Shown here: positions 9,306-19,266 of the stretch, in pieces
Layout: each line of letters starts with the position of its first letter
Numbering within the stretch: the stretch's first letter is position 1
Assembly (NCBI GenBank): GCA_903878285.1
Contig: CAIRHB010000013.1
Span: forward strand, 1 to 63,393
Direction: 5' to 3'
Length of the DNA stretch: 63,393 bases
Origin: Candidatus Adlerbacteria bacterium
GTDB lineage: Bacteria; Patescibacteriota; Minisyncoccia; Phycocordibacterales; SBAW01
Notes under the pieces: model-generated
Told to the model about the DNA's origin: nothing
What the model saw: only the letters and a program-made list of their open reading frames with translations
Databases searched by the model: none
Program-made: the position numbers and the translations under genes

Positions 9306-10145
9306 ATGCTCACCACACTACAAGCAGCAATACTTGGAGTACTCCAAGGTGTCACTGAACTGTTTCCTATTTCAAGTCTCGGACACAGCGTCATCCTGCC
9401 TGGCCTGCTCGGCTGGCAGATTGATCAAGCGAGCGACTACTTCCTCCCGTTTCTGGTGCTCACGCACCTCGCGACGGCGCTCGTCTTGCTTGGCTTCTTT
9501 TGGCGTGATTGGCTCTACCTTATCCAAGGCGTGCTGCGCAGCTTCTTTACTCGCTCGCTCAAAGGCGACCCGTATGCAAAACTCGGCTGGATGCTCATCG
9601 TCGGCACCATCCCCGCAGGACTCTTGGGGCTCATCTTCCAAACCAAACTTGCTGCGCTCTTTGCCGACCCCAAAACAGTGGCGATATTTCTCGCGCTCAA
9701 CGGCATCTTGCTTGGCGCGATTGAGCTCCTGCGCCGCCGAGGGTCGCAGCTCTTTGCGGGGGGTGATGCACGCATCGCTCGGCTCTCCTTTCTCCAGACA
9801 CTCGGCGTGGGCACGATGCAAGCGCTCGCGCTGTTGCCCGGCTTCTCGCGCACAGGCGCGGCACTTGGTGGCGGGCTCGTGGCGGGCTTGGCGCACGAAG
9901 ATGCAGCGCGGTTCTCCTTCCTCCTCGCCACGCCAATCATCCTCGCTGCGGCAGTGCTCAAGGTGCCGCATATTTTGCACGCACCGTCGGCAACGCTTGT
10001 CCCCGCGCTTGTTGGCGCATTGTGCGCCGCGGTCGCCGCATTTTTCTCTGTCCGCTTTCTCACGCACTACTTCAAAACCAACACTCTGCTCCCTTTCGCG
10101 ATCTACTGCCTCCTCGCTGGCGTCGTGAGTTTTTTCTTGATGTAA
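9306..10145 (+). CDS. uppP: Undecaprenyl-diphosphatase (BacA)
   Basis: QGVTELFPISSLGH, PGFSRTG, ARFSFLLATP; multi-TM. Confidence 0.95.
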   Translation: MLTTLQAAILGVLQGVTELFPISSLGHSVILPGLLGWQIDQASDYFLPFLVLTHLATALVLLGFFWRDWLYLIQGVLRSFFTRSLKGDPYAKLGWMLIVGTIPAGLLGLIFQTKLAALFADPKTVAIFLALNGILLGAIELLRRRGSQLFAGGDARIARLSFLQTLGVGTMQALALLPGFSRTGAALGGGLVAGLAHEDAARFSFLLATPIILAAAVLKVPHILHAPSATLVPALVGALCAAVAAFFSVRFLTHYFKTNTLLPFAIYCLLAGVVSFFLM

Positions 10146-10165
10146 AAGGCTCCTGACACCTTTTT
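10144..10165. repeat. Short imperfect palindrome, copy 1 (AAAAGGCTCCTGACACCTTTTT)
   Basis: Near-identical copy at 10921-10942; the pair flanks the GT2 gene. Confidence 0.65.
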
Positions 10166-10169
10166 ATTT

Positions 10170-10904
10170 TTACCGATGATCGATGTACGTCTTCGTATGC
10201 GGCGTGCCGGTGAGATGTATCCAAAAGAGGTTGATGGCATAACGGTAGCCGGTTTTTATGATCCCCTCTTTTTGCAAGCGGCGACCAGAGGTCAACATCG
10301 GTAGCGACCATGTCCACCGCACGCGACCCTGCGCGCTGATGCGCCGCGCAATGTCGGCATCTTCACCAAAGAAAGCTATCGAGGTATCAAACCCGCCCGC
10401 CTTGTCCCACGCGGCACGCTTCAAAATAAAATTGCCACCTTGGAGCATCGTCGCGCGGCTGGTCAGCGGCTGTGCTACCATATCAAAAAGATATCCAGGC
10501 AGATAAAATAATTTTACCCAAAGATTCTGCGACCACGACAGATCATAGTAGACATACGGGCCAGAAAGCGCCACGAGCCGCGCATCCCGCTCGAACACAT
10601 GTACAACCTCGGTGAGCCAGCCCTTCGGCATACGCGCATCGGCGTCGATGTTCGCCACAAAGTCGCTCTGTGTTGCATCCCATCCCGCCTTGCGCGCCCA
10701 CACGAGCCCCTTGCGGCTCTCATCCACTACACGCACACCTACGTACCTCTGCGCAACCTCTTTGGTTTTGTCGGTCGATGCATTGTTGACCACAATCACC
10801 TCCGCCTCCACTCCCGCGTGCGCAATCTCCGCGAGCACGCTCTCTAAACAAGCGCCAAGATAGCGCTCTTCGTTGTACGCCGGGATCACAATACTAATGG
10901 TCAT
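10170..10904 (-). CDS. Glycosyltransferase family 2
   Basis: ISIVIPAYNEE, VVNNASTD, DAD, GGFD..GED. Confidence 0.93.
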   Translation of the reverse strand: MTISIVIPAYNEERYLGACLESVLAEIAHAGVEAEVIVVNNASTDKTKEVAQRYVGVRVVDESRKGLVWARKAGWDATQSDFVANIDADARMPKGWLTEVVHVFERDARLVALSGPYVYYDLSWSQNLWVKLFYLPGYLFDMVAQPLTSRATMLQGGNFILKRAAWDKAGGFDTSIAFFGEDADIARRISAQGRVRWTWSLPMLTSGRRLQKEGIIKTGYRYAINLFWIHLTGTPHTKTYIDHR

Positions 10905-10920
10905 GGTGTCTCTGCAGAGA

Positions 10921-10942
10921 AAAAAGTTCTTGACACCTTTTT
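10921..10942. repeat. Short imperfect palindrome, copy 2 (AAAAAGTTCTTGACACCTTTTT)
   Basis: Direct near-repeat of 10144-10165. Confidence 0.65.
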
Positions 10943-10954
10943 CACCTTTTCCAA

Positions 10955-11701
10955 TTAAATCGTCTCAAGTCGCTTCCCGACTGTTGCCGAAAGCTTGTTG
11001 TACGCGTAGTAGATGCACGCCGTCGCGACCACGGCAGCGACAATAAAGTACTCGGCGTTTTGCACATACTTGGCAACGCTCGTGTACGCCTGCCCAAAGT
11101 AGTAGCCAAGTAAGACAAACAGCAGCACCTTCGGTAAAATAATCGACAAGCAGACCGATGTAAACTTTTTAATCGGCATGCGCACTGCGCCGACCATCAT
11201 AAGCCCTGGCGTGGCGATGCCAGTTGTCTTGATCACCAACAGCGTCTTGCCCGGATGCGTGCGCAGCAAGCGCTCGAGTTTTTTCATGCGCTCTTTGGAC
11301 ATACCAAAACGGTGACCGTACTTCTCAACAAAGGCTACACGACTGATGTAGCCGACCGCGTAGTAAGCAACGTCGCCCACAATATCGCCGAGGATCGCGA
11401 GCAGAAAGACAACGAAAATATCAAAGTAGCCGAGCGACGCACCAAACGCAGCAGCCGCGGTAATCATCGGCCCCTCGAGCACCATGCCGACAAACATCAC
11501 CACATAGCCACCCGCGATGACATAGGCGAGCGCGCCGTCAAATGATCCGCCAGAGCCTACTGCAGCAAGGTTGGCGTTAGCTGAAACGATGCTCGGTGTG
11601 ACACTACCAAACAGCGGCTGCCCTGCAGCAAACTGCAACCCCGCGAACACTAATACCGCTGACACCAGCACAGTCTTGCAAAAAGATATATGTAACTTCA
11701 T
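10955..11701 (-). CDS. DedA/VTT-family membrane protein
   Basis: EGP, GDIVGDVAYYAVG, multi-TM, LGYYFG. Confidence 0.85.
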   Translation of the reverse strand: MKLHISFCKTVLVSAVLVFAGLQFAAGQPLFGSVTPSIVSANANLAAVGSGGSFDGALAYVIAGGYVVMFVGMVLEGPMITAAAAFGASLGYFDIFVVFLLAILGDIVGDVAYYAVGYISRVAFVEKYGHRFGMSKERMKKLERLLRTHPGKTLLVIKTTGIATPGLMMVGAVRMPIKKFTSVCLSIILPKVLLFVLLGYYFGQAYTSVAKYVQNAEYFIVAAVVATACIYYAYNKLSATVGKRLETI

Positions 11702-11713
11702 ACTGGTTAGTAT

Positions 11714-13090
11714 ATGACGTTTTTTAATAGACCGCCAAAACCAGGTGTGGAAAAGAGAGCACCTACGAGAGTTGAGAAGACGGCAGCAGTGGAGACCGCA
11801 GAGACCGCACCTAATGTCATCACCCTGCCCCACGCAGATGCAGCGATAACACTATATAAAGAGTATCTTGCGGGACAATCTGCTAAAGCAGAGCGTGCAC
11901 AAGAAGACGCTGCCGAGTTGCAAGAAGTGTTCAACACCTATGTTGAGCAAGCGCTCGCACGGACAGAGGTGTATGAATCGAAAGAGCTTGGCGTCTCGTT
12001 TCCCTCCAGTTCGGTCAATATCGCCGAGTTAGCAAAGGCGCTGTATAAAAAGAAAACGGGAGAAGATTCAGAGATCAATGAGGCAAGGATGCCGAGAGAA
12101 ACACTAGCGCAAAAGAAATTTGTGTTTGGCTCGGCTCTGGGGCCAGCCGATGGCGACCCATTTATGTTTGCCGAGGAGACAATGCACGAAATCGTCACGC
12201 GATTGCCGCAGGCACTGAAGGATCTGCAAGAAGGGCGAGAACCCGAACCGTTTGAGGTATACACCGCGGGCATGCCAACCAACACACTCGGACATATCTC
12301 GCCTGAGTTTCTTGCACAGATACAGGCCGACCCTGTTGATGCTATGTCGGATATGTATGCAGAATTTATGCAGTCGAAACTACCCGAAACGAACACTACC
12401 CCCAGCGACGTGCAACAAATAGTCCAGATATACGGCATATCAATGGGAGCGGGATTTTCTGCACGAGCAGGCGAAAAGCTGCTGGAGCGCGGACAAGCAA
12501 CGCAAGATTTCAAACAGGCGCAGACGAAACACCTGCCCTATCTACAAATCAAGGCAATGGTGCCAGTAAGCTTGAGCGAATCGGATACAAAGAGACAAAT
12601 ATACCCTGGGTTTGTTGCTGATGGTGCGTACAACATGTTTACAAACCCCGCAGTCAAAAAGATTGGCGCAGGAATACCCGCCTTCCAAAAAGCAGCCAGC
12701 AGCGCATTAGCTAAAAAAAATATTCACGAGCAAATGGAGAATGGAGAAAAAGAGCGGAAAAGCGAAGCACTGAAAAAGATTATTTTCAACCTACATCACG
12801 AAATCTCGCTCAACCCAGATACCAAAATAACCACAGTGTCTGGACTCTATGACCTTACCTCCTACACATCAGAGTTTAACTTGCGGGCAATCGACCATCG
12901 AGAGTCCACAGATGGAAGTTCGCTGGGGCGAGCGCTTGTATCCAACACAACAGGCGAACACACAAACCGGAGGGATTTTAGTGCCGAGATGGGGCACACG
13001 ATCCCCTTCTTTCGCGAAAGCGAATTCAGACGAATGGAAGCAACAGCAAAGAGTATGCAAAATCTGAGAAATACAGAACGAGCGGCGTAG
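11714..13090 (+). CDS. Hypothetical protein, possible alpha/beta-hydrolase fold
   Basis: 458-aa ORF; YGISMGAG nucleophile-elbow motif, later GLYD and MGH. Confidence 0.65.
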   Translation: MTFFNRPPKPGVEKRAPTRVEKTAAVETAETAPNVITLPHADAAITLYKEYLAGQSAKAERAQEDAAELQEVFNTYVEQALARTEVYESKELGVSFPSSSVNIAELAKALYKKKTGEDSEINEARMPRETLAQKKFVFGSALGPADGDPFMFAEETMHEIVTRLPQALKDLQEGREPEPFEVYTAGMPTNTLGHISPEFLAQIQADPVDAMSDMYAEFMQSKLPETNTTPSDVQQIVQIYGISMGAGFSARAGEKLLERGQATQDFKQAQTKHLPYLQIKAMVPVSLSESDTKRQIYPGFVADGAYNMFTNPAVKKIGAGIPAFQKAASSALAKKNIHEQMENGEKERKSEALKKIIFNLHHEISLNPDTKITTVSGLYDLTSYTSEFNLRAIDHRESTDGSSLGRALVSNTTGEHTNRRDFSAEMGHTIPFFRESEFRRMEATAKSMQNLRNTERAA

Positions 13091-13097
13091 CATCAAC

Positions 13098-14273
13098 CTA
13101 TCTTGTATCTACCACCTTGGTATAAATCTTTTCCCACTCACTCACGACAGCTTGGACAGAAAACTTGCGGGCGAAGGCGGCGGCGTTTGCGCCGAAGCGT
13201 TTGCGCTTTTTCTCGTCGGTTAGCAATGCTTCCAACTGTTTTGCCATCTGATAATGATCATCTCGCTCGAAGAGAGACCCGCGCTCGGCGTTGAGATACT
13301 CGGGTATCGCACCCCAGCGCACCCCGACTGCCGAGAGCCCCGCTGCAAATGCCTGAATGAGCGACATACTCTGCGTCTCCGACACGCTCGCGATTGCATA
13401 GACGTCTGACGCATGATACAGCTCGGCGACCTCCTGTTTGGTGAGTGTCCCAAGAAAGCGCACGCGGTCACGTACCCCAAGTTCGCGCGCAAGCACCTTC
13501 ATCTCGCCTTCAAAGCTACCATGCCCGCCAAAGGCAAGCATCGCATCTGGCACCTTACGCAAGAGCTCTGCGAATGCGCGCAACACCACGTCGTTCTTCT
13601 TCTCTGGCGCGATACGTCCGACACAAGCAACCACTTTGCCATCGAGCCCGAACTTTTTTCGCGCATACTCACGCTCGCCTTGTGCGGCAGGAGTAAAGGT
13701 GTCTGTGTCGATAGGATTTGAGACGGCCGTGTACGGTTTTATAAATCCACCAGCCTCTTTTTTAGTGAGGACAAAGGTCGACGGCGCAGTAATGAAATCG
13801 AAGCGATTATAAAACCAAGTGACCCACCACACTGTCGCACGACGAAACACTTGCTCAAAGAACCAGTGGATACAGTCGGCGAACTCAGCGATTGCCCAGT
13901 GGTCAGTACCGATAAGCGGTGTGCGCGACCGCTTGGCAACACGCATCCCGCGAAAACCGATGCAGATAAATGAGTGCACGTGGATTACATCATAGGTTGC
14001 GGTACCAATAGAGAAAAAAGGTGTTGCCACTCTCGATTGCAACGACGAGCTCGGGAACCCGAATGAAAACACTCGGCGAATATGCACGTTTTCTCCCAAG
14101 TCAATTTCGCGAAAGGGCAACCCAACGAAGATAAAATTTTCTTTACTGGGGCGTGGCGCCCAGATGTCAACTTTATGCCCACGTCGACCGAGCTCACGTG
14201 CGAGCTCGGCAACACTGTCCTGTATCCCACCAAGCTCGGGGTAAAAATGGTCAGTAAAGATACCAATACGCAT
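13098..14273 (-). CDS. Glycosyltransferase family 4
   Basis: MRIGIFTDHFYPELGG, VGRIAPEK, SETQSMSLIQA. Confidence 0.93.
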   Translation of the reverse strand: MRIGIFTDHFYPELGGIQDSVAELARELGRRGHKVDIWAPRPSKENFIFVGLPFREIDLGENVHIRRVFSFGFPSSSLQSRVATPFFSIGTATYDVIHVHSFICIGFRGMRVAKRSRTPLIGTDHWAIAEFADCIHWFFEQVFRRATVWWVTWFYNRFDFITAPSTFVLTKKEAGGFIKPYTAVSNPIDTDTFTPAAQGEREYARKKFGLDGKVVACVGRIAPEKKNDVVLRAFAELLRKVPDAMLAFGGHGSFEGEMKVLARELGVRDRVRFLGTLTKQEVAELYHASDVYAIASVSETQSMSLIQAFAAGLSAVGVRWGAIPEYLNAERGSLFERDDHYQMAKQLEALLTDEKKRKRFGANAAAFARKFSVQAVVSEWEKIYTKVVDTR

Positions 14274-14278
14274 AGAGA

Positions 14279-14923
14279 TTACTCGTGCAAGTCAAATATC
14301 TCGCTTGGTGGCAACTCTGCGTCAACAACCTCTTTGTCGCGCAAAAACCTCTGGCGCATACGGCGGCTGATGATGTAGTACCCCGTCGCGACGATGGCCA
14401 CCCCTGCGAGCGCATACTGGAAGTGGCTGAGGATGGTCGAGATCTTACCACCAAGCGCATTGCCAAAGTAGTAGCCGAGCACGAGCAGGACGCCGTACTG
14501 GAGTATCGCAACCAAGGCACCATAGGCGAAAAAGCGTGTGAGCGACATGCGCACCGTCCCCGCAGCCACAATAAAACTGGAGGCGATGCCGTAGGAGAGC
14601 TTGCCAAAGAACATCGTTTCGCCCGCATGCTTTTCCCACAGGATGCGGATCTCCTCCATATGCTCTGGCCGCACACCGATCTTATGCATCAATTTTTGCG
14701 CCAGTTGTGTCCGCCCGCCAAAGTAGCCGAGCGCATAGTAGCCGGAATCCATCACCAGGTCGCGGATAAAAAAGAATAGCCCGAGCGCGTAGAGGTTAAA
14801 GTAACCCGATGCGGCGAGCGTCCCTGCCGCAAAAGCAACGATGGGTCCCTCTAACATCGAAAGTGGGATAAGCACCCAATAGCGATAGTCGAGAATCAGC
14901 TGCGTAATGCTCCCCACATCCAT
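14279..14923 (-). CDS. DedA/VTT-family membrane protein
   Basis: EGPIV, DLVMDSGYYALG, AAG..RM, LGYYFG. Confidence 0.85.
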   Translation of the reverse strand: MDVGSITQLILDYRYWVLIPLSMLEGPIVAFAAGTLAASGYFNLYALGLFFFIRDLVMDSGYYALGYFGGRTQLAQKLMHKIGVRPEHMEEIRILWEKHAGETMFFGKLSYGIASSFIVAAGTVRMSLTRFFAYGALVAILQYGVLLVLGYYFGNALGGKISTILSHFQYALAGVAIVATGYYIISRRMRQRFLRDKEVVDAELPPSEIFDLHE

Positions 14924-15005
14924 GCTTGCCAGTATACAGGCATCCGAGGAGTTTTCCACTGCTGATAACCTGTTGACGAAATGTATTCGGGAGTATACTA
15001 GTGTC

Positions 15006-15371
15006 ATGGACGCTCTCTCACAGCTGCCGCACCATACTATAGATACCACGCGGCCATGGGGCGGCTTTGAGCAGTTCACCCTCAACGAGCCGACGACGGT
15101 CAAAATTCTTACCGTGCGGGCGGGCGAGGCGTTTAGCAAGCAAACACACGCGCAGCGCGATGAGTTTTGGCGCATCCTCTCTGGCAACGGCAGCATCACG
15201 GTTGGAGATACTGAACACACCGCGCACGCGGGCGACTCCTACTTCATCAAACGAGGCACGATACACCGCGCGCAGGGCGGCAGCGAAGATTTACAGATAC
15301 TCGAAATCGCATTCGGCACCTTTGACGAAGGCGACATTACTCGGCTCGCTGACAACTACGGCCGCGTATGA
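15006..15371 (+). CDS. Mannose-6-phosphate isomerase type II C-terminal cupin
   Basis: RPWGGF, SKQTHAQRDEFW, HRA, LEIAFG.FDEGDITRLADNYGR. Confidence 0.9.
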   Translation: MDALSQLPHHTIDTTRPWGGFEQFTLNEPTTVKILTVRAGEAFSKQTHAQRDEFWRILSGNGSITVGDTEHTAHAGDSYFIKRGTIHRAQGGSEDLQILEIAFGTFDEGDITRLADNYGRV

Positions 15372-16510
15372 CCTCACTCTTTGTTGGTCTTGCCCTGTTC
15401 GCACTCTTCTCTTTATTCCTGCAGAAACGTGCTGGTCGAACACCCGCGCAGCAGCAAGAAGACCTGCGGCAGCTTCTTGAGCGCTTTGCCGAAAACCCAG
15501 TGCTGCGCCCCGACCCCGACCACTGGTGGGAGTCCGAGGCGGTACTCAACCCAGCGGCAGTATACGCTGGCGGTCGGGTGCATCTCTTTTACCGCGCGAT
15601 GGGCAAGGACGGCATGTCGCGACTCGGATACGCATGGAGCACCGATGGTATCCATTTTGAGCGGCTGCCCTACCCCGTGTTCGAGCACGAAAACGTCGCT
15701 CGCGCACGCTCACACTATCCGAACACCTCGCCTGCGCGGCTCACCTACGATACCATCAACAACGAGTCTGGCGGCGGCTGGGGCGGATGCGAGGACCCGC
15801 GTGGCGTAGTAATCGACGACCGCGTCTATCTCACCTTCAACATGTTTAATGGTTGGGACTCGATGCGTGTCGCGTACACAAGCATCGCGGTCGACGACTT
15901 ACTCGCGCAGCGCTGGGCATGGGACAAGAGCGCCTACCTGTGCCGAGACAATCGCCAAAAAAACTGGGTGCTCTTTCCCGAAAAAATCAATGGCAAGTTT
16001 GCACTCTTCTATAATCTCGACAAGGGCGACCCAACGCGCGTCCACATCGCCTACCTCGACAATCTGGATATGAAAGAGACTCCTGGCCCCGACGAGGCGC
16101 TCGACCCGCACAAACTCCCCGACCATGTGGTGGCATGGCACCATCGCACACGCAGCGCCGCCACGCCACCAGTCAAGACAAAGTACGGTTGGTTACTCTT
16201 CTATCACGCAATGGACAAAGACGACCCCGACCGTTACAAACTCGGCGTGATGCTGCTCGACCTTGCCGACCCGACCAAAGTCCTTCTGCGCGCGTCGAAG
16301 CCGATTCTCGAGCCAGATGCGTGGTATGAAAATGACTGGAAGCCTGGCATCATCTACGCCACCGGAGCAGTCGCGGTTGATGATGACTTATTTATCTACT
16401 ACGGCGGCGGAGATAAATATATCGCAGCAGTGAAGACTAGCTTACCAGCTTTCCTTAATGCGCTGAAAACTCACCAACAACCGTCCGTATCATTATTTAT
16501 CAATAAGTAG
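15368..16510 (+). CDS. GH130-family glycoside hydrolase/phosphorylase with N-terminal TM
   Basis: ENPVL, NPAA, GCEDPR, KNWVLFPEKING, IYYGGGD. Confidence 0.9.
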   Translation: MTSLFVGLALFALFSLFLQKRAGRTPAQQQEDLRQLLERFAENPVLRPDPDHWWESEAVLNPAAVYAGGRVHLFYRAMGKDGMSRLGYAWSTDGIHFERLPYPVFEHENVARARSHYPNTSPARLTYDTINNESGGGWGGCEDPRGVVIDDRVYLTFNMFNGWDSMRVAYTSIAVDDLLAQRWAWDKSAYLCRDNRQKNWVLFPEKINGKFALFYNLDKGDPTRVHIAYLDNLDMKETPGPDEALDPHKLPDHVVAWHHRTRSAATPPVKTKYGWLLFYHAMDKDDPDRYKLGVMLLDLADPTKVLLRASKPILEPDAWYENDWKPGIIYATGAVAVDDDLFIYYGGGDKYIAAVKTSLPAFLNALKTHQQPSVSLFINK

Positions 16511-16526
16511 ATTCTCTAGAAACCAC

Positions 16527-18458
16527 ATGTACGTCATCAAACGATCACCGAACAATCCGCTCATCGCTCCGACCGCTGGCAAGTCGTGGGAAGCGCGTGG
16601 CACCTTCAACGGCTGCCCCGTCATACACGGTAAGAAGATTTGTCTGCTATACCGTGCACTCGGCGCCCCCGACGCGCTCATGGTGCCAGGAGGGCTATCG
16701 ACCATCGGGCGTGCCTACTCAGCCGACGGCGAGCACTTTCACGACAGGCGACAATTTATCACTCCTGCCGAGGAGTGGGACAGGTACGGCTGCGAGGATC
16801 CACGCGTCACCTACTTCGAAGGACAATTTGTTATTTTTTACACCGCGCTCGGCGGCGTGCCGTTTGGTGCTGGCAATATCAAAGTCGCGGTTGCATTGTC
16901 GAAAGACCTCGAGACGGTAACCGAGCGACACCTCGTAACGCCGTTTAATGCTAAGGCGATGGCGCTCTTCCCTGAGCGTATCGACGGCAAGATTACCGCC
17001 GTCTTTACAATAGACACCGATGTACCACCCAAACCCGCACGCATCGCCATTGCACAGTGTGAAAAACTAGAGGAGCTATGGAGCTTGGACTTCTGGGAAC
17101 AATGGCATGCAGATCTCGATCAGCATATTATCAACCCACTACGTAGTGACCAAGATCATATCGAAGTCGGCACACCGCCCATTAAGACCAAAGACGGCTG
17201 GCTCCTTTTGTACTCCTACTTCCAAGACTACTATTCGGGCGAGGAGCACCGCATGGTCGGGATCGAAGGTATGTTGCTCGACCTCAACGAGCCGACGACG
17301 ATTATCGCCAAGACGCACGGCCCGATGCTAGGGCCCGAGGAGATCTACGAGCGGTATGGCATCGTGCCGAACGTTGTCTTTCCTTCAGGTGCCTTAGTCG
17401 AGAAAAACCGTGTCGACCTCTACTACGGTGCCGCCGACACTGTCTGCGCCAAAGCGTCGTTCCATCTGCCTGATATGCTCGCGTCGATGATCCCCGCTCG
17501 TCGTGGCGCACTTGTCGAGCGAGCGAAAGGCAACCCCATTCTCCAGCCGCTTGCCGAACATTCGTGGGAAAGTCGCGCAGTGTTTAACCCTGGAGCAATC
17601 GAAATCGACGACACCATCCACCTGCTGTACCGCGCGATGTCACAGGACAATACCTCGGTCATCGGCTATGCCGCGAGCAAGGACGGCACCAAGATCTCCG
17701 AACGGGATGCCGAGCCAGCATATGTGCCGCGCGAGGAGTTCGAGCAAAAGCGTGGTGGCATAAACAACAACTCTGGCTGTGAAGACCCGCGGATTACTCG
17801 CATCGGGAACACGGTGTACATGGCATACACCGCCTACGACGGCACGCACGCCCCGCGCGCGGCACTCACGTCAATCAGTGTGAAAGACTTTCTCGCGAAG
17901 CGCTGGAACGCGTGGCAAAAGCCGGTGCTTATCACCCCCGACGACCACGACGACAAAGACACATGCATCTTCCCCGAGAAGGTCGATGGCAAGTACTTAA
18001 TCCTTCACCGCATCAGCCCACAGATCTGCGCCGACCTCCTCGACTCGCTCGACTTTACTAAGAACCGAATTTCGCGCTGCATCGAGCTGCTTGAGCCGCG
18101 CCCTGGATTCTGGGACAGTCAAAAGGTGGGTATCGGCGGTGTGCCAATTAAGACCGAGAGAGGCTGGCTGCTTATCTATCACGGCGTATCAAAGTCGAGC
18201 ACCTACCGGCTCGGCGCCGCACTCTTTGACCTCGATAACCCGACGATGCTTATCGCCCGCACTGTTGACCCCATCTTCGAACCACGCGAGCAGTACGAGC
18301 GCGACGGGCAGATCCACAACGTGGTCTTTACTTGCGGTGCGGTCGCGCGCAAAGACACCATCTATATCTACTATGGTGGCGCTGATACGTGCATCGGCGT
18401 CGCTAAGGTGTCGCTCAACAAACTGCTTGCCATGCTCCTGCCTGCCGATCTCAAGTAA
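16527..18458 (+). CDS. Tandem double-domain GH130 glycoside hydrolase/phosphorylase
   Basis: Two repeats, each with GCEDPR, FPE(R/K), NVVF, YYG(A/G)AD. Confidence 0.9.
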   Translation: MYVIKRSPNNPLIAPTAGKSWEARGTFNGCPVIHGKKICLLYRALGAPDALMVPGGLSTIGRAYSADGEHFHDRRQFITPAEEWDRYGCEDPRVTYFEGQFVIFYTALGGVPFGAGNIKVAVALSKDLETVTERHLVTPFNAKAMALFPERIDGKITAVFTIDTDVPPKPARIAIAQCEKLEELWSLDFWEQWHADLDQHIINPLRSDQDHIEVGTPPIKTKDGWLLLYSYFQDYYSGEEHRMVGIEGMLLDLNEPTTIIAKTHGPMLGPEEIYERYGIVPNVVFPSGALVEKNRVDLYYGAADTVCAKASFHLPDMLASMIPARRGALVERAKGNPILQPLAEHSWESRAVFNPGAIEIDDTIHLLYRAMSQDNTSVIGYAASKDGTKISERDAEPAYVPREEFEQKRGGINNNSGCEDPRITRIGNTVYMAYTAYDGTHAPRAALTSISVKDFLAKRWNAWQKPVLITPDDHDDKDTCIFPEKVDGKYLILHRISPQICADLLDSLDFTKNRISRCIELLEPRPGFWDSQKVGIGGVPIKTERGWLLIYHGVSKSSTYRLGAALFDLDNPTMLIARTVDPIFEPREQYERDGQIHNVVFTCGAVARKDTIYIYYGGADTCIGVAKVSLNKLLAMLLPADLK

Positions 18459-18478
18459 CCTACACAACAACACCATCC

Positions 18479-19243
18479 ATGCCTTCAATACCAAAACTTG
18501 TTGCTTTTGATTTAGACGACACACTTGCCGAAAGCAAGCAGCCAATCACTCCCGAGATGGCGGCGCTGCTTTCGCAATTACTAGCGAGGGTGCCGGTCGC
18601 CGTCATGTCAGGTGGCAAATGGGAGCAGTTTATGAGGCAAGTGGTCTCCCGCCTACCCAAACACACCACACTTGAACATCTCTACCTCTTCCCCGCGAGC
18701 GCAGCGCAGTGCTATCGATATACTAACGGGGCATGGCATGCTGTATATGACCATTCGTTTACCGAGGAAGAGCGACAAGAAATTAGAGCAGCACTGCACA
18801 CTGCACTGAAAGACGTTGGCCTCGACACACCGCCGCCACAGCTGTGGGGCGAGCAGTTGGAGGATCGTGGCGCACAATTTTCCTTCTCGCCACTTGGGCA
18901 GCAAGCACCTGTTGCCGAAAAAAAGGCGTGGCGCGAGAAACACAATCCTCTGCGTCTTAAACTGCGTGAACTGTTGGCACAACTCCTCCCCGACTTCGAA
19001 GTAACAGCAGGCGGCAGAACGACCGTCGATATCACTCGTAAAAGCATCAACAAAGCATACGGCGTGCAGCAACTTGCTGACATGACCAACATTCCTGTCG
19101 CTGACATGCTCTACATTGGCGATGCGCTCTGGGAGGGTGGCAACGACGCAGTGGTGATTGAGACCAGCATCCCAACACACCAAGTATCTGGCCCAACAGA
19201 CACAACTATTTTTATCTTAGAGATTCTCAATTCTGCTTCGTAA
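18479..19243 (+). CDS. HAD-IIB hydrolase, phosphomannomutase-like
   Basis: FDLDDTLAESK, SGG, EDRGAQ, GGRTTVD, GDAL..GGND. Confidence 0.88.
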   Translation: MPSIPKLVAFDLDDTLAESKQPITPEMAALLSQLLARVPVAVMSGGKWEQFMRQVVSRLPKHTTLEHLYLFPASAAQCYRYTNGAWHAVYDHSFTEEERQEIRAALHTALKDVGLDTPPPQLWGEQLEDRGAQFSFSPLGQQAPVAEKKAWREKHNPLRLKLRELLAQLLPDFEVTAGGRTTVDITRKSINKAYGVQQLADMTNIPVADMLYIGDALWEGGNDAVVIETSIPTHQVSGPTDTTIFILEILNSAS

Positions 19244-19266
19244 CACACCCTCCGCAAATGGGTATC

